Assembly (NCBI GenBank): GCA_051530055.1
Contig: CM121343.1
Coordinates: 4,992,389-5,056,388 of the forward strand
Length of the DNA stretch: 64,000 bases
From: Neoechinorhynchus agilis
Lineage: Eukaryota; Animalia; Acanthocephala
Direction: 5' to 3'
Positions 62,701 to 64,000 of this stretch are shown in pieces (the first letter of the stretch is position 1; each line of letters opens with the position of its first letter). The notes under the pieces are model-generated. The model was not told where the DNA came from, did no database searches, and was given only the letters and a program-made list of their open reading frames with translations. A program made the position numbers and the translations under genes.

Positions 62701-64000
62701 CTCCACACGATGAAACACTGAAGTATCCCCACACATTACGGTTGCTTCGAAAATTAATGTCATCGACTGATCCTGAACTCGGTTTGAATCCTTCGTCGGG
62801 ATTCTCACTTGTTATACGAGCGGCAATAGCGTGTCCCTTGGATGGTCTTTTTATCGACCAGTCATCGAAATCGATATGGGATTCACCCCAGGGCGATTCG
62901 CCGTATAATAATCGAATGTCCTTAATGCGGTTCAGCGGAATTCCCATAGCAATTTGAATTTGACAAGCAGGAATATTAACAATGGCAATCATCTCGGTAC
63001 ACGGATGCTCAACTTGAAGTCGTGGATTGAGTTCCAAGAAGTAGAACTGGTTACTCGTGGGACAATACAGATACTCGACAGTGCCGGCACTTACGTAGCC
63101 AACCATTCTGGCTAAATCCAAAGCTGCCTTTTCCATTTGTTTACACATAGCATCCGGTGCAATGCAAACTGGTGCTTCCTCTATAATCTTCTGATGACGT
63201 CGTTGTACACTACAATCGCGTCCATACAAACTGACCGCGTTACCGTAGAAATCACAAAGTACTTGCACCTCGAGATGACGGGACGCAGAGGCGAATTTCA
63301 TTATGAAAATCGGTGATCCCGGTGCCTCAGCTTCGACTTGCCTGAATAGATGGTCAAAGTCTTCCTCGAGAACCACTTTTCGTATTCCCTTTCCGCCTCC
63401 ACCGCATGAAGCTTTGATCATAACCGGAAACCCAATTTTGTGCGAAGCACGGAGACCTTCCGCCGCAGTCCTGACACAAGCAGAAGCGTACAAAGTGTCC
63501 GGAACATTTGATATCAAATTGTCCTTTTCATCATCAGACTGGGCCAACTTTATACCCAATCCACTCCAAGGAAGTGTTGGCACACCAGCGGTCTGAGCAA
63601 TTATACAAGATGCAACCTTGTCGCCTAAGGCCCACATAGCACCGTGTGGTGGCCCAATGAAGCTTATATCATTTGATGCCAGCATCTCCGCCAACTTTGG
63701 GTTTTCGGACGCATGCCCCCAACCGGCCCAAACACCATCGACCGGTACACGCTTAGCAATGTCCACGATCAACTCGCAATTTGCATAGTTGTTATTATTT
63801 GGTCCACCAGGAACATTGACGACATGATCAGCCATTCGAATGTACTCGGCGTTCGCCCGCATATCCTCAGGTGTCACCATTGCGACGAAGGTAATCGCAT
63901 GCTCATTCTGGAAGGTTTCATAGCACCATTTACGGATAGATCGCATACATTTGACGGCAGCTATGCCATTATTGGCAATCAATATCTTACTGATTGACCT
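56725..64000 (-). CDS. ACC: Acetyl-CoA carboxylase (BC, BCCP, central and CT domains); start lies beyond window end
   Basis: [51 protein letters not shown], biotin site [35 protein letters not shown]. Four short interruptions, one non-canonical. Confidence 0.98.

Overview
Eukaryotic (animal) genomic DNA from a compact, AT-rich genome with very short spliceosomal introns (mostly about 30-60 nt); the species cannot be identified from sequence alone. Recognisable genes, in order: TEAD/scalloped (runs off the left edge), an SCaMC-type SLC25 carrier, a TRIM2/3-like RING-B-box protein, an ankyrin-repeat protein, VPS36, a divergent histone H3, VPS51, Groucho/TLE, an EST1/SMG6-7-like NMD factor, PTEN and acetyl-CoA carboxylase (runs off the right edge). 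Several orphan ORFs lie between them. Three things stand out. (1) A family of 130-190 bp elements made of two divergent, hammerhead-ribozyme-bearing Penelope-like repeats with shared end points and about 13-bp target-site duplications, at five loci; one is split by an L2-like LINE 3' end carrying a 2.35-kb minisatellite. (2) A U12-type (minor spliceosome) first intron in PTEN with GT-AT ends. (3) Two further junctions (ACC and the SMG-like gene) where protein conservation can only be restored with non-canonical splice ends. All alignments and exon models were made by eye from remembered homologues; no searches or computations were run.
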